The notes under the pieces were generated by a model. The model did no database searches. It saw nothing but the letters and a program-made list of their open reading frames with translations, and was not told where the DNA came from. The translations under genes and the position numbers were made by a program. A stretch of DNA of 64,000 nt, taken from positions 65,351,135-65,415,134 of the forward strand of contig NC_068989.1 of assembly GCF_001194135.2 (NCBI RefSeq), in the 5' to 3' direction. Positions 11,949 to 24,507 of the stretch are shown piece after piece. Every line of letters starts with the position of its first letter. The first letter of the stretch is position 1. The stretch is from Octopus bimaculoides. Taxonomy: Eukaryota.

Positions 11949-13130
11949 TTGTATATGTATGTATAAATATCATGTATGTGTGTATATATATATATATACG
12001 TCCATACACACACATACATACATATATGCATACATATGTATTTATATGTATACTCTCGTATAAGTATTTTATATATTGATGTTTGCAACTTTAATGAAAG
12101 TTATAGAAACAATTGTGGAACATTAAATATGTCTTTCTTTCTTTCTCCTTTATTATTATTATTTTTTTTTCATTTCTATATATGTGAGATGGACAAGTAA
12201 TGTTAGCTTATGGGCACAGGCCGTAAATTTGCGAACATTACAGCATAAGCAATCTATAGAAAACTGAATTATTTGAATAAACATTCCCGAAAATATATAT
12301 AATTTTTCGTAAACAGCATGCGTAATTGAGATTTTTACTTATGCATTGCGCTCAATTGTAGAAATCAATGAAACAGCCAAGTAAATGCATTAAATGAATA
12401 AGTGCCTGGTTTTTCTTTTATGCTGTATTCAAGTATGATATTAAGCATTTATTTCAAATCATTAAACATCCAATAAAAGGTATTATTAGGAAACTGTTGA
12501 ATATTTTTCATCCAAAGAAGGTTAGTTTTGTTGAAATCGTTAAGAAGAGATGGAAATTAAAAACAACATATTCAATTGGCATATGCTATTAAATATAAGA
12601 CAACAAGCGTATCGGAAATAATGAATTGCTGTATTTGTCCCTCTCTCAGTAATGTGAGTTCAAATACCGTCGAGGGCAACTATTTTTCATTCAGTACCAG
12701 TCAAGTAATACGATGGAGTCTGTTCTTTCGCTCTCGTTAGTCCACCTCTCTCTCTCTCTCTTTCTCTCTTTGTATGTCTCTAACTTTCTTTCTTGAAGTG
12801 ACTATGCTGCGGAGAATGAAGCGGCGCGATGGTATCATTCACAGAATCTATTTTCTTTAGAAATAAATGCTGAACGAGAGGTAACCAACCTCTTCTATTA
12901 GTAAAAAAAAAAAAAAAAATGCAAACAAAAGCAAACTATTGAGCTACTGGAGCTGTCGAACTACAGATCGATATTTCGATATTCATTGGAAGTAAAGAAT
13001 GCCATCAAAGAGTTTCACAGTTATGAAGAATTATATGGCGAAAATTAATTCATATGATGAGGTCGAAAGATAGCAAATGTAAAAAAGGCTACACACACTT
13101 ACACACATGCGCACACGCACACACATACAC

Positions 13131-13163
<33 letters not shown>

Positions 13164-13166
13164 GCC

Positions 13167-13300
13167 TTTATGCTTTACTTGTTTCAGTAATTACAGTGCA
13201 GCAATGTTGGGCCGTGGCCTGGAAGGGTGTAGTCGAACAAATCGAGCCCAGCACTTAGGGTTCACGTCTGTTACTTATTCCATCGGTCTGTCTTACTGAA
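13167..13300 (-). mobile_element. SINE family A 3' part, truncated by gap
   Basis: Matches the family A tail in reverse (ttacttgtttcagt...tagtcgaacaaatcga...acttattccatcggtc). Confidence 0.75.
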
Positions 13301-13475
13301 NNNNNNNNNNNNNNNNNNNNNNNNNNNNNNNNNNNNNNNNNNNNNNNNNNNNNNNNNNNNNNNNNNNNNNNNNNNNNNNNNNNNNNNNNNNNNNNNNNNN
13401 NNNNNNNNNNNNNNNNNNNNNNNNNNNNNNNNNNNNNNNTATATATGTGTGTAGATATATATATATATGTATATA

Positions 13476-13865
13476 GTGGCTGTGTGGTAAGTAGCTTGCT
13501 TACCAACCACATGGTTCCGGGTTCAGTCCCACTGCGTGGCACCTTGGGCAAGTGTCTTCTACTATAGTCTCGGGCTGACCAAAGCCTTGTGAGTGGATTT
13601 GGTAGAAGGAAACTGAAAGAAGCCCGTGGTATATATGTATGTGTGTGTGTATGTGTGTTTGTGTGTCTGTGTTTTTTCCCCCACCATCGCTTGACAACCG
13701 ATGCTGGTGTGTTTACGTCCCCGTAACTTAGCAGTTCGGCAAAAAGTGACCGATAGAATAAGTACTAGGCTTTAAAAAATAAGTCCTGGGGTCGATTTTC
13801 TCGACCAAAAACGGTGCTCCAGCATGGCCGCAGTCAAATCACTGAAACAGATAAGAGTAAAAGAG
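13476..13865 (+). mobile_element. SINE family A, near full length
   Basis: tRNA-like head, CORE-like caccttgggcaagtgtcttct, internal (TA/TG)n and a 3' gagtaaaagag tail. Used as the reference copy for the family. Confidence 0.93.
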
Positions 13866-13959
13866 TATATATATCTATTTACACACACACACACATATGT
13901 ATGTATGTCAAAATGTAGCACAGTTAATTCAGACACGCTTTTTTCATTCAATTTTGTTC

Positions 13960-14098
13960 TCTATCCATCTCCTTTCTCTCCTCATTTGTTTCTATAAAAG
14001 AGCGTGGGCTCGAAACTTTAAAGACTTCTTCCATTTCTCCTGAGCATTAAACTAATACATCCTGTTTATTCTTCGTTCACCTATCTATGTTTTTGAAT
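13960..14098 (+). mobile_element. Family P1 Penelope-LTR-like fragment
   Basis: aagagcgtgggctcgaaac...aaagact...gagc...actaatacatcc aligns with 18979-19060. Confidence 0.6.
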
Positions 14099-14840
14099 AT
14101 CTTTGAGCAATATATCTATCTATCATTCAACTACGGTCGCAATTTACTCACAGACAGCATCTTTCAGAGCTTGTCGCTAATTCAGTTCTTAACCAAATAG
14201 AAAGCTGTTAACATTTCTGAAGAGGACTGATCCCTAGCTACATTTTGGCATTTAAAAAATTGAGAATTGAGATTTGGCAACAGTATAAAATGTTTACATC
14301 AAAATTTGCAGCAACATTATAGGAAAGTAAGTAATGCTACCAGTCAAGTTTAGATCTAAATAAAATATATTTATTAAAAGCAAAATATATTTATCTTAGT
14401 TTCAATGATAGAAGAAAGTATGGAAATTTCCATAGATTTGGTCCCGTGCAACAAAAATGTGTATCAAAAAAGTTGTGAGGTAAAATATCATGAAAAAAAT
14501 ACAATGCAAAAAAGTTGATATAAGTATAATTAACCTTTTTATTTAAAAAAAAACAGACTTTTTTAATAAAGCTTAAATGATTGGGCTCAATTCGAGGAAT
14601 TTCATGTTATCAATCCCATGCAATGAAGTTTTAAAAGAAAAAAGTTACGAGTGTTTGTTTCTCAAAATTGAGGGTGATTATATAGTTCTATACATTTTTA
14701 TTAATATAGTTCTATAAGGAACTTCTAATATATGTCACCGACAGCAACGAGGTAAGGAAAAATATTATCAACGACGCTGCTAATTGACACATTTGACACA
14801 TTATTAATTAGCATAGTAGCATAGCTTGGAAAACACATGG

Positions 14841-15615
14841 ATTACATGGAAAAATGAGAGCAAGAGAAATAATATTCTTAAGATTATAAACCTGGAAAAT
14901 ACAGGACAAGCTAGTATGTATCGTGAAGTAGAGAACAAGAACATTTTTATTTAAAATATTGCAGCTTAAAAAAAGGTATCATCATTTTGTTAAAATATTG
15001 TCACATTAGAATACTTAAAAAATGAGAACCAGAAGTACCAATATAGCCAGAGTTTTGTGCAAAATAGAATGGCATAATATATTGTAGTCAAATTCATTAT
15101 GTAAAAAATAGGCATTGAGTCAAGACTTAAAATGTGAAGTCTTGGCAATAACTTAGGCAATAACTCAAGCAAAGTTTACTGTGAATTTGTAGTTATAGGT
15201 AGAATTTACTGAAATATAAAACTAATTTTTGTAATATTCTATTTATTGTACTAACTAACTATGTACTACTATTATTTTTTATAACCCATTTTCAAATTTC
15301 TAATTATTAATTAATAATTTTAAAAAATGAAGTTTTTAAAAGTGCAAAAATATTTTGAGTTATTTTTTTATTTTTAATAAAAGTAACAAGTAATAAGAAA
15401 TAGAAATAATAACTTGTAAAACATTTTTTAGTTTTGGTAGAAGTTAATATGTTCTAAATCTAAATATGTTATTTGAAATTTTATCCTTAGCTGCAATATT
15501 TTAAGCAAAAGTGTTCTTGTTCTGTACTTTACCAGATATAATAACTTGCACTATTCTTTTCCAGTTTTATAATCTGAAGAATATTATTTCCCTTGCTCGC
15601 ATCTTTCCATGTAAT
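14841..15615. repeat. Long foldback inverted repeat (arms 14841-14966 and 15489-15615)
   Basis: The ~125-bp arms align as reverse complements at roughly 75-80% (attacatggaaa...aataatattctt.agattataaa.ctggaaaa...agaacaagaaca...ttaaaatattgcagct). The spacer is very AT-rich. Confidence 0.85.
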
Positions 15616-15641
15616 ATATATATATATTCCAGTCTGCCCAA

Positions 15642-15781
15642 CTCTTCGAAACGCCGGTGTTAAAATGGGGGTAGCTGATGCAGAAAAATGTTCTCTATGT
15701 GGCTTGTGTGTTTTCTGTACTCTGGTTATTATTATTTTCTTGTCTACGTTTTGTTTGCAATGTCCTGTACCCAGATATGCA
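15642..15781 (-). mobile_element. Family P2 copy
   Basis: Reverse-complement similarity to 7791-7907. Confidence 0.6.
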
Positions 15782-15997
15782 CCTATATATACAGGTAGAC
15801 GTAGGTATGCACATACCTGTACGTATATATGCATATACTCATTTATTATTTGTTATATATATATATATATATATAGAGTAGAATATTAAAAAAGTTACTG
15901 TATAATATATTTTTTTTAATGAGTAGAGATGGCTTTTGTGAGAATAATTTTTATTTTAATGATAACGTTTCCATATCAATAAAATAAATATTATCCT

Positions 15998-16111
<114 letters not shown>

Positions 16112-16198
16112 ATATATATATGTTGGGTCTCTCTCAAGTCGAATCCAGTCGCAGAGTGTTTGTGAACGTGGAGCTACTGTATACGCCACTTAACTAAC

Positions 16199-16288
16199 CT
16201 GCAGTATAATAGAACCTACAGTCCTGTGATTGGCAAAGGGATTTCTTAGCCACATAGAGATTACTGCTTCTGTAAACAATGCGAAAAT
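16199..16288 (-). CDS. Candidate internal exon (phase 1-1, 90 nt)
   Basis: attcacag|AT...GCAG|gttagt. Reads (H)FRIVYRSSNLYVAKKSLCQSQDCRFYYTA(G) and is phase-compatible with both neighbours. An alternative acceptor would start the exon at 16269. Confidence 0.45.
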
Positions 16289-16990
16289 CTGTGAATCACT
16301 TCAAACAAACATTACAATGAACGTGTGTTCAGCTATCGGTAAATCTCAGAGAGTGATTGAGAATTCTTAGAAAGTAATTTAGTTGAAAATACGAGATATC
16401 TGTAACAGTCTAGGATTTGAATAAAAGATTAGCGAGATATATGGAGAGCTAGGTAGCACTTGGGAATAGAGAACATTATGTAGTCCCCTACCTCTAATGT
16501 AAACGTTTGCGTGTAAGGTTTTTGTGTAACCTACACATTATGCATGTAACCTGCACGTTTGTTGTGTAACCTTCAAGTTGTGTGCCTAACCTGCAAGACT
16601 GGAACATAAATAGCTATTTGCATGTCTTTCTCTGTCAGAACTTTAGATCAAATCAAGAATTGCACTGGGTTATCCTGGAGTCTAGCGTTGAAGATCATCG
16701 GAACAACACGCAGGGACGTAGATCATACGTTGTGATAGTTTTCCTGAAATCGCATGAATTACAGCAAAGAAGATGAAAAGTAAGACATGCGTATATGTGT
16801 TTATACTTCCGAGCATGCGTGTGCGTGTGTTTCTATGGATACTTAAAAGTTTGTGTTCGCGTGTGTGTTTCTTTTCGCTCTTTCTTCCCTCCTTCCTCTG
16901 TGTGTGTGGTGTATGTGTATGTATCGGAATATCAGCGAGTGACTGTATTGTAGGAGATCATTGTTGATAATAATTTCCCGAAAAGTATGG

Positions 16991-16991
<1 letters not shown>

Positions 16992-17051
<60 letters not shown>

Positions 17052-17150
17052 AGTCTGTCTGTCTGTTTGTCTGTCAGTCCGTCTGTCTGTCTGTTTGTCT
17101 GTCTGTCCGTCTGTCTGTCTGCCTGTCTGTTTGTCTGTCTGTCTATCTAT
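16992..17150. repeat. (TATC)n/(TGTC)n tetranucleotide array
   Basis: Directly visible. Confidence 0.97.
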
Positions 17151-17305
17151 CACACGCGCATATACATGTACATATGTATATNNNNNNNNNNNNNNNNNNN
17201 NNNNNNNNNNNTATATATGCATATAAACAATACATATATATATACATATAAATACTTATACATATATGTGTATATATATATATATAATACATACATACAA
17301 ACATA

Positions 17306-17373
<68 letters not shown>

Positions 17374-17491
17374 TACATACATATATATATATATATAAAC
17401 ACCCACCCACATACATATATACATGCGTGCGTATGTATGTACATATGTATGTATATGATTATAATGATATAACGTGTATAATGCGTCATAC

Positions 17492-17567
17492 GTTTAAAGC
17501 ACTGGTTAGTTCTGAGTATGAAGACAAAAGTGTTTTTTGGCCGGTGACAGCTGGCCTGTCTCGTTCT
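17492..17567 (-). CDS. Candidate internal exon (phase 0-1, 76 nt)
   Basis: aaatgcag|AGA...AAAC|gtatga. Reads RTRQASCHRPKNTFVFILRTNQCFK. The acceptor has a weak pyrimidine tract but a long AG-free zone upstream. Confidence 0.4.
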
Positions 17568-18744
17568 CTGCATTTTTCCATAGATATTTTCCAAATACCA
17601 AACGACATCAGAAACACACACGAGCGTAAATTGATCACATGATTAAGGTTGGCAGTTACGTTATTTGAATTTACCGGAATATGGTAATATTAAATTGGAG
17701 GTAAAAATATGCGATATAAATTCTAGCTTTGGTGGTGGTTAGAAAAGAATTTAATATGTACGTGGAAATATTTCTAAAAAGGATCGACATCATAATACTG
17801 GACTTGAAAAAGAATGAGAAAATGATTTTATTGCGTGCTGAGTAAAAACCTTATTTACTTTCCTGCAATCTCATAAAAGATAACAGTTTGATGTAAACGT
17901 TTGGTGATAATTTCTTTGCTTTGAAAGCAAGTTCTTTGTTTAAACAGCGATGTTGTTTTTCCTTGATATAAACCATCGAGGTTGTTGGCTTTATGACTCA
18001 TGGGAAATTTGTAGATATAGCTGGACACAAAAGCTAGTGTTAGGTGTGTCATATGCGCAGTGCTTTTGAAAAAAAAATATAGAGAGAGTGAAATGTCGTA
18101 GGAGCTTGAAAAAAAGAATGATCTGAATAATTTCAATACATACATATATACATACGTACGTGTATATATANNNNNNNNNNNNNNNNNNNNNNNNNNNNNN
18201 NNNNNNNNNNNNNNNNNNNNNNNNNNNNNNNNNNNNNNNNNNNNNNNNNNNNNNNNNNNNNNNNNNNNNNNNNNNNNNNNNNNNNNNNNNNNNNNNNNNN
18301 NNNNNNNNNNNNNNNNNNNNNNNNNNNNNNNNNNNNNNNNNNNNNNNNNNNNNNNNNNNNNNNNNNNNNNNNNNNNNNNNNNNNNNNNNNNNNNNNNNNN
18401 NNNNNNNNNNNNNNNNNNNNNNNNNNNNNNNNNNNNNNNNNNNNNNNNNNNNNNNNNNNNNNNNNNNNNNNNNNNNNNNNNNNNNNNNNNNNNNNNNNNN
18501 NNNNNNNNNNNNNNNNNNNNNNNNNNNNNNNNNNNNNNNNNNNNNNNNNNNNNNNNNNNNNNNNNNNNNNNNNNNNNNNNNNNNNNNNNNNNNNNNNNNN
18601 NNNNNNNNNNNNNNNNNNNNNNNNNNNNNNNNNNNNNNNNNNNNNNNNNNNNNNNNNNNNNNNNNNNNNNNAGAAAGAGAGAGAGAGACGTAAATGTCGA
18701 ACGACGAAAATGATTTTTTTCCCCGGTATTTCTTTCCTTTTGGA

Positions 18745-19108
18745 TTTTATTCTTTCTCCTGTTTTTAAGAAGAGCTTTACATAAAACGTAAAAAAAAACC
18801 CCTTTCTTTCGTTCCCTGAGCGCCTGTCTTATTAATACTTTGCATGTACCACGTCCTCACGTTGCTGTTGTTTTTTTCCTTGTCTTTTTTCTCGTTTTTT
18901 TTTTATTAACTATATATGTATATATATTTTTTTTTTCTCCAATTTTTTTTCTCCGTATTTTTCTCCTTGTCTCCGTATTCTTTCTGTTGAAGAGCGTAGC
19001 TCGAAACGTCAAAGACTTTCCGTATTCCCGAGCGTCATACTAATACATCCTTTTGTTATTTACACCACCTGTCCTCGTCTGTTGTTTTTTCTTACATTCT
19101 CCCATATA
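18745..19108 (+). mobile_element. Tandem pair of family P1 Penelope-LTR-like units with a degenerate hammerhead-like motif
   Basis: Two diverged units ~210 bp apart. The second has tcttt-ctgttga-a-gag-cgtag-ctc-gaaac-gtc-aaaga at 18979-19015. Confidence 0.6.
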
Positions 19109-19571
19109 TATGTATATATATGGAAAGATATATGCATATACCAGAATGTACGTATACACGCGTATCAGAATTTAAAATGTTTCTTTTAAGTCAGTTGTCT
19201 TAATAAGCAATAAGAATGTCATGGTTATAATAGTTTTAAACTTTACAATCTCTTACTTCAATATATGTTCGTAAATGGTGAAACTGTTTGTGACAGTAGC
19301 CTATTTAAAGAATTGCTTTGTTGTAAACATAAAGAACATTTCAAAAATGAAAGCACAGTAATTTATTTGAGTTGAGGTGTAACGCTAATTTAAGTAGATT
19401 CTTTAAATGGCTGGAGAATGCGCAACCTTAAAACCGTACAGCATAGGAATCCGATATCTGTGCAAATCGATCTCGAAGACTTCTTGTTGTTACTGTTTAG
19501 ATCACATACACCCTTACTGTTTATGTAGATGATTAAATGTGATCTAGAAGTGCAATTTTCGTTGCTTTTAC

Positions 19572-19706
19572 TATGCAGTGATCTTCAAAGACGTAATTAT
19601 CCAGTGTAAACTGCAGCCTTTCAAGGCTGTAATGAGTAACTGGAGGAAAATGGGCATTGCTTCCTTTTAGGTCGGGGAAACGCACAGACGCACTATAGTT
19701 TGAAAG
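19572..19706 (-). CDS. Candidate internal exon (phase 0-0, 135 nt)
   Basis: Strong acceptor cctcttttactcttcgccag|CTT and weaker donor ATA|gtaaaa. Reads LSNYSASVRFPDLKGSNAHFPPVTHYSLERLQFTLDNYVFEDHCI. Confidence 0.5.
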
Positions 19707-20093
19707 CTGGCGAAGAGTAAAAGAGGTTTTGTGCATTATTACAAGTGAGTAGAAACTATGTGTAGGCTTGGAGGCTATATCTAAAATATTAATTGCCTAG
19801 TTTGCATGAAGTAAACTGTTTTGAACTGGTCAAAAGAGAAAAAATATACAAAAACCAAAACGAAAAGAAGCTGAGTTACAAACTTCGATTTTTGGATGAT
19901 GATGGCATCGAGAATGCATATCATTAAGTGAGACGTCAATAGAGAGGGCAGTGTATTGGGAATAGCACTTCGTTATTAATTCATTCTTTAAGAGTATTTT
20001 TTATTAATTCATAAGCGGGATTCTTTGCAAGAAGCATCTATATCGCTCGATAGGACAGATAAATCTGCAATTCATATACATACATACATTCAT

Positions 20094-20136
<43 letters not shown>

Positions 20137-20700
20137 CACACACATATATATATACGTATGTATATATATATATATGTATGTATGTATATATATNNNNNNN
20201 NNNNNNNNNNNNNNNNNNNNNNNNNNNNNNNNNNNNNNNNNNNNNNNNNNNNNNNNNNNNNNNNNNNNNNNNNNNNNNNNNNNNNNNNNNNNNNNNNNNN
20301 NNNNNNNNNNNNNNNNNNNNNNNNNNNNNNNNNNNNNNNNNNNNNNNNNNNNNNNNNNNNNNNNNNNNNNNNNNNNNNNNNNNNNNNNNNNNNNNNNNNN
20401 NNNNNNNNNNNNNNNNNNNNNNNNNNNNNNNNNNNNNNNNNNNNNNNNNNNNNNNNNNNNNNNNNNNNNNNNNNNNNNNNNNNNNNNNNNNNNNNNNNNN
20501 NNNNNNNNNNNNNNNNNNNNNNNNNNNNNNNNNNNNNNNNNNNNNNNNNNNNNNNNNNNNNNNNNNNNNNNNNNNNNNNNNNNNNNNNNNNNNNNNNNNN
20601 NNNNNNNNNNNNNNNNNNNNNNNNNNNNNNNNNNNNNNNNNNNNNNNNNNNNNNNNNNNNNNNNNNNNNNNNNNNNNNNNNNCGAATTAATGACATTTAC

Positions 20701-20822
20701 ATCAATATTCGAGATTACACTATATCGGTTATAAGGAAAGATGTTGAGCGGTGACTGATAAGATTTCAGCTTGGTGAAACGAAGCTGATTATAAAATTGT
20801 TTCTTATAAAATGTTACACTAC
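20701..20822 (-). CDS. Candidate internal exon (phase 1-0, 122 nt)
   Basis: Acceptor atttccgaaatgttttcag|GT and donor GAT|gtaaat. Reads (x)SVTFYKKQFYNQLRFTKLKSYQSPLNIFPYNRYSVISNID. Confidence 0.5.
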
Positions 20823-21507
20823 CTGAAAACATTTCGGAAATATAAATCTATTTAAACTGATGATAAAAGCATCGCCCTGCAATCTTTGATATATTTATCA
20901 TGTATTTCAAAGTAATTTCTCTGAATTTTTATAATGAAATATTTTTTGTATTGATCTTTGTATTTTTCTCTCTCTTTCTCTCTTTCCCTGGATTCTTACT
21001 TATTTTTCTCATCTTTTTCTTTTAAACCTTTATATCTAAATCAGATGGATTAACATAGATTTACTGCTTCATTTATTTACTCCTTAATGGATTGATCAAT
21101 AATCGGAGAAAATGCTTTATAAATTTAGATGCCATTGTTGTTGCTGTTATTGTTGTTGTGTAGGTGTGTTGTTTGCTGGATAATGTACTGAGCTTGAGAT
21201 CATAAGGTTTCAGGTTCGATTCTAGAGCCCGGCAATGCAATGTCTTCTCATGTTATTGCTGATGTCATTGCTGTTGTTTAGCTCCAGGTTAGCACAGATA
21301 ATATAAACCTGCAAACAAAGTCGATGACCATGAGCATATGTTTCTACTTTCTGAATCATCGTGTATCAAATGGACAATACTTTAATTAAGACAAGATCGA
21401 ATCAGTTGATTTGCGATATAGTTACTAATTATAAGAAGTCTAGCTAGCTAACAACTGCGGTCTCTCTTTCTCTTCTTTGCTTGTCTTGGCCTATCTCTGT
21501 GTGCGTG

Positions 21508-21550
<43 letters not shown>

Positions 21551-21589
21551 AGACATACATATATATATATGTGTGTGTGTGTGTGTATG

Positions 21590-21666
<77 letters not shown>

Positions 21667-21932
21667 GAGGGGTAACCGAGTTGCCACAGGCATGTATTTG
21701 AAGAACATAAACAAATACAGGTGTGACAAAAATCATACAATATAAATTCTTGATTTATTAAACTTATTTCTGCCCATAGAGGATGTGTCATCATTGAAGA
21801 ATTCTTCATTTTTGTTATTTTCTCACCTTCTCTTATGGAGCTGGTCTTGCCATTGAGTAACTATGACATCATAATAACTCTCTTATGGTTTTGAATATAA
21901 CATGTATTTGTCTATGTTATACCTATGCTTAC

Positions 21933-22089
21933 CACTGGCCAGTCTGAGATACATAACTTAGCTCATTTTTGGTTAATTTTTTTCTATTCTGTCTATACTC
22001 TTTGGATGCTAGTCGATAGATAAGTATAAATGTCAAGCTGATGACGTTTATTGAGGCAGAGACACGTGTCCATAACTGTCCTCTTATCT
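21933..22089 (-). CDS. Candidate exon with a predicted transmembrane segment
   Basis: tttattgttcag|AG...TG|gtaagc enclosing 51 open codons: IRGQLWTRVSASINVISLTFILIYRLASKEYRQNRKKLTKNELSYVSQTGQ. It ends in phase 2, so it does not join directly to 20822. Confidence 0.4.
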
Positions 22090-22544
22090 CTGAACAATAA
22101 ACTAGTCCTTTTCTTTATCGTCAATAGTTATTATAACAAATCAGAATTATAAAACATATGTTTTTAGTTTTTATGAACATGAGAAAATAAAAATAATCGA
22201 CAGATTTATATGCTTTATCACAGATTATATTTTAAGTATTAACAGCTTTTTTGATAAGACAGGTAAAACACTGCATATAAATATGAAAAGGTTTATAAGA
22301 GGATTTCTATGCTTTTATGCGCATAAATAACTGTGAACAGTTGTAGTATGCCGTTAATTAATGACGTTTTACTCACTAAACTTCATTCATGTGATGGTAA
22401 AGCAATCACTTGGTAGACGGGCGGGATTTTACGGATATATTCTCGAGTGTATATGAACAGTAATGTAGTTAAGATTTATTTAAATAAAATAAATATCGGA
22501 CTTTAAAGAACAACTAAATACAACAACTAATTATTACATATTTT

Positions 22545-22666
<122 letters not shown>

Positions 22667-22701
22667 TGTATATATGCATACTGGTATATATATTACAGTT
22701 C

Positions 22702-23025
22702 TATATTGAAGAGATGCAGCTGTAGTAGGTTATACAAAAGCGAAACATGTCGCCCCCTCATAATAAGGTAGAGGAACATCGCAAAGCTGTGACACGAGGT
22801 GATATTGATAAATCGGATATAGTTGATCATGTATGGAAAAATGGAGACCACCTCCCCCTGTGGGATGAAGTTAAAATAATAGACACTGAACGCCACTGGA
22901 AAATACGAAAACTAAAAGAAGCAGCACGTATGCTACGACACAACAACCTCCTAAGAAGACCGAGTGCAGATATGAATAGAATATGGGAACTGGTATTAAG
23001 GAAGGATAGGAAAGTATTAGATTAG
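22702..23025 (+). mobile_element. Penelope-like element GIY-YIG endonuclease fragment (frameshifted)
   Basis: CSCSRLYKSETCRPLII, frameshift, then VEEHRKAVTRGDIDKSDIVDHVWKNGDHLPLWDEVKIIDTERHWKIRKLKEAA. This follows the C-x-C..YxGET.R.L..R..EH...S...H pattern of PLE Uri domains. Confidence 0.8.
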
Positions 23026-23057
23026 TAAACCCTAAAATTCACTGCATAATTGCTCAC

Positions 23058-23144
23058 GAGCATATGGCGTAGTGGTTAAGAGCGCGAGCTACTAACGTCA
23101 ATATACCGAGTTCGATTCCTGGCAGAGACATGAATAGTAATAAT
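23058..23144 (+). mobile_element. Short tRNA-derived element / tRNA pseudogene ending in (AAT)n
   Basis: A box tggcgtagtgg and B box gttcgattcc are present. The acceptor and anticodon stems are poor. Confidence 0.65.
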
Positions 23145-23166
23145 ATGTGTGTATATATAGGTATAT

Positions 23167-23518
23167 GGATTCAGTTCCACAACGTAGCACCTTGGGAAAG
23201 TGTCCCGAGTGTACTAAATCATTGTGAGTGGGGTTTATTTTTACAGAAAATGAAAAAAAAAAAAATGCCCATCGTATATGTATATACACTTTTGTGTGTC
23301 TTTTTATCTGCGTTTGTCCCCCACCACCGCTTGACAACGGGTATTAGTGTGTTTAAGCATCTGTAACTTAGCCTTTCGGGAAAAGACCTTGTTAGAATGA
23401 GTACTAGGCTTTAATAGATAAGTCCTGGGGTCGATGTGCTAGACTAAAACCCTTCAAGGCGATGCCCCAGCATGGCTGTCGTTAAATGACGGAAATAGGT
23501 AAAAAAAATAATAGATAA
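23167..23518 (+). mobile_element. SINE family A, 5'-truncated and degenerate
   Basis: Aligns to 13520-13865. Confidence 0.85.
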
Positions 23519-24074
23519 AGGGGTTTCGTCATGATGAGAATCTTCTTAAAAAGTGGTTGCATTGAAAATTGTATCATATATTATTTCTGGAGAATGTAAA
23601 CATCTTCGACTATTTTGGGAGAAATAAATTAGGATGTTTCACAATAATATTCTTTGAGTGTTTAAAATAAGTGGATGGAATATAATGTTCAATGACATTA
23701 CCAAACTGTCAATTCAACCTAACACCGATTCTCCTAATATATTTTACAGTTGAATTTGTAATTTGTGGAATTCGATAGTCATCGATCAGGCATTCTCTGG
23801 GATTAATTTCCTTAAGTGACAATTTTACAGAGGAAGATAATTTAGTATTATACAGCAGGGACTGACTGTCTGAGTTGAACATCTATTCCAAATTAAAGCT
23901 ATTTAATGATCGATTCTGGACAATATTGTTACTTTTAATTATAGTCAAATGCTATTTATTCTACTAAACCTCATCATGCCCAGCTCCGAAGCGAATCAGT
24001 AACCTCAACCAATTTCTCAAATGCATTTTCACTTTTAATTCGGCGTATAATCTAAAATTATTTGTTCAATAGAA

Positions 24075-24255
24075 ACAGATCAACACATTTTGAAGGGTGG
24101 GGATTAATTAATACCATTCACCCCAGTACTTGACTGGTGCTATATTTTAACAAACAACGAAAGGATGGTAAACAACGATTATTTACATAGAATTTGAATC
24201 AGAACAAAAAGATCAGTAGCAAGAGGTGTCAACTCGCCGCTTTAAACGAATCTCC
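24075..24255 (-). mobile_element. SINE family B, degenerate
   Basis: ccccagtacttgactggtgct...aaggatg...gaatttgaatcagaac resembles family B in reverse. Confidence 0.55.
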
Positions 24256-24420
24256 AGGAACAACAATTGTGCTTACTTCATGAATATAGTTCTATACATA
24301 TGTTTGCTTATTGCTTGCTTACTGATTAAAAGTAAGCGACATTTACATGTGTATCATATGAATATGTTATAGGTAGTAGAGATTCAGCAATCAAATAATT
24401 CTTTTTAAAGTCTGAAAACA

Positions 24421-24440
24421 AAACAACAACAACAACAACA

Positions 24441-24506
<66 letters not shown>
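24421..24506. repeat. (AAC)n-(TAC)n microsatellite
   Basis: Directly visible. Confidence 0.97.

Positions 24507-24507
<1 letters not shown>

Noticed and set aside
7391-12088. Long ORFs of 270-490 aa in the track, and similar ones at 18160, 20004, 26620, 34387, 45882, 54925 and 57311
   Set aside because: They are open only because N-runs translate as X, and their flanks are TA/CA repeats.
15529-15834. 101-aa minus-strand ORF with complex-looking sequence
   Set aside because: It is composed of a P2 repeat plus the right arm of the foldback element.
16639-16779. Plus-strand 141-nt segment with strong acceptor and GTAAGA donor
   Set aside because: Stops occur in all three frames. It could be a non-coding or antisense exon but is unsupported.
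19671-19744. Plus-strand acceptor/GTGAGT donor pair
   Set aside because: Stops occur in all frames, and it overlaps the better minus-strand candidate.
21309-21379. Phase 2-1 segment that would bridge exons 21933 and 20822
   Set aside because: Weak AAG acceptor and GTTTAT donor, and it overlaps what looks like a dispersed repeat. Likely overfitting.
23058-23144. Functional tRNA gene
   Set aside because: No proper cloverleaf. The AAT tail points to a retroposed derivative.
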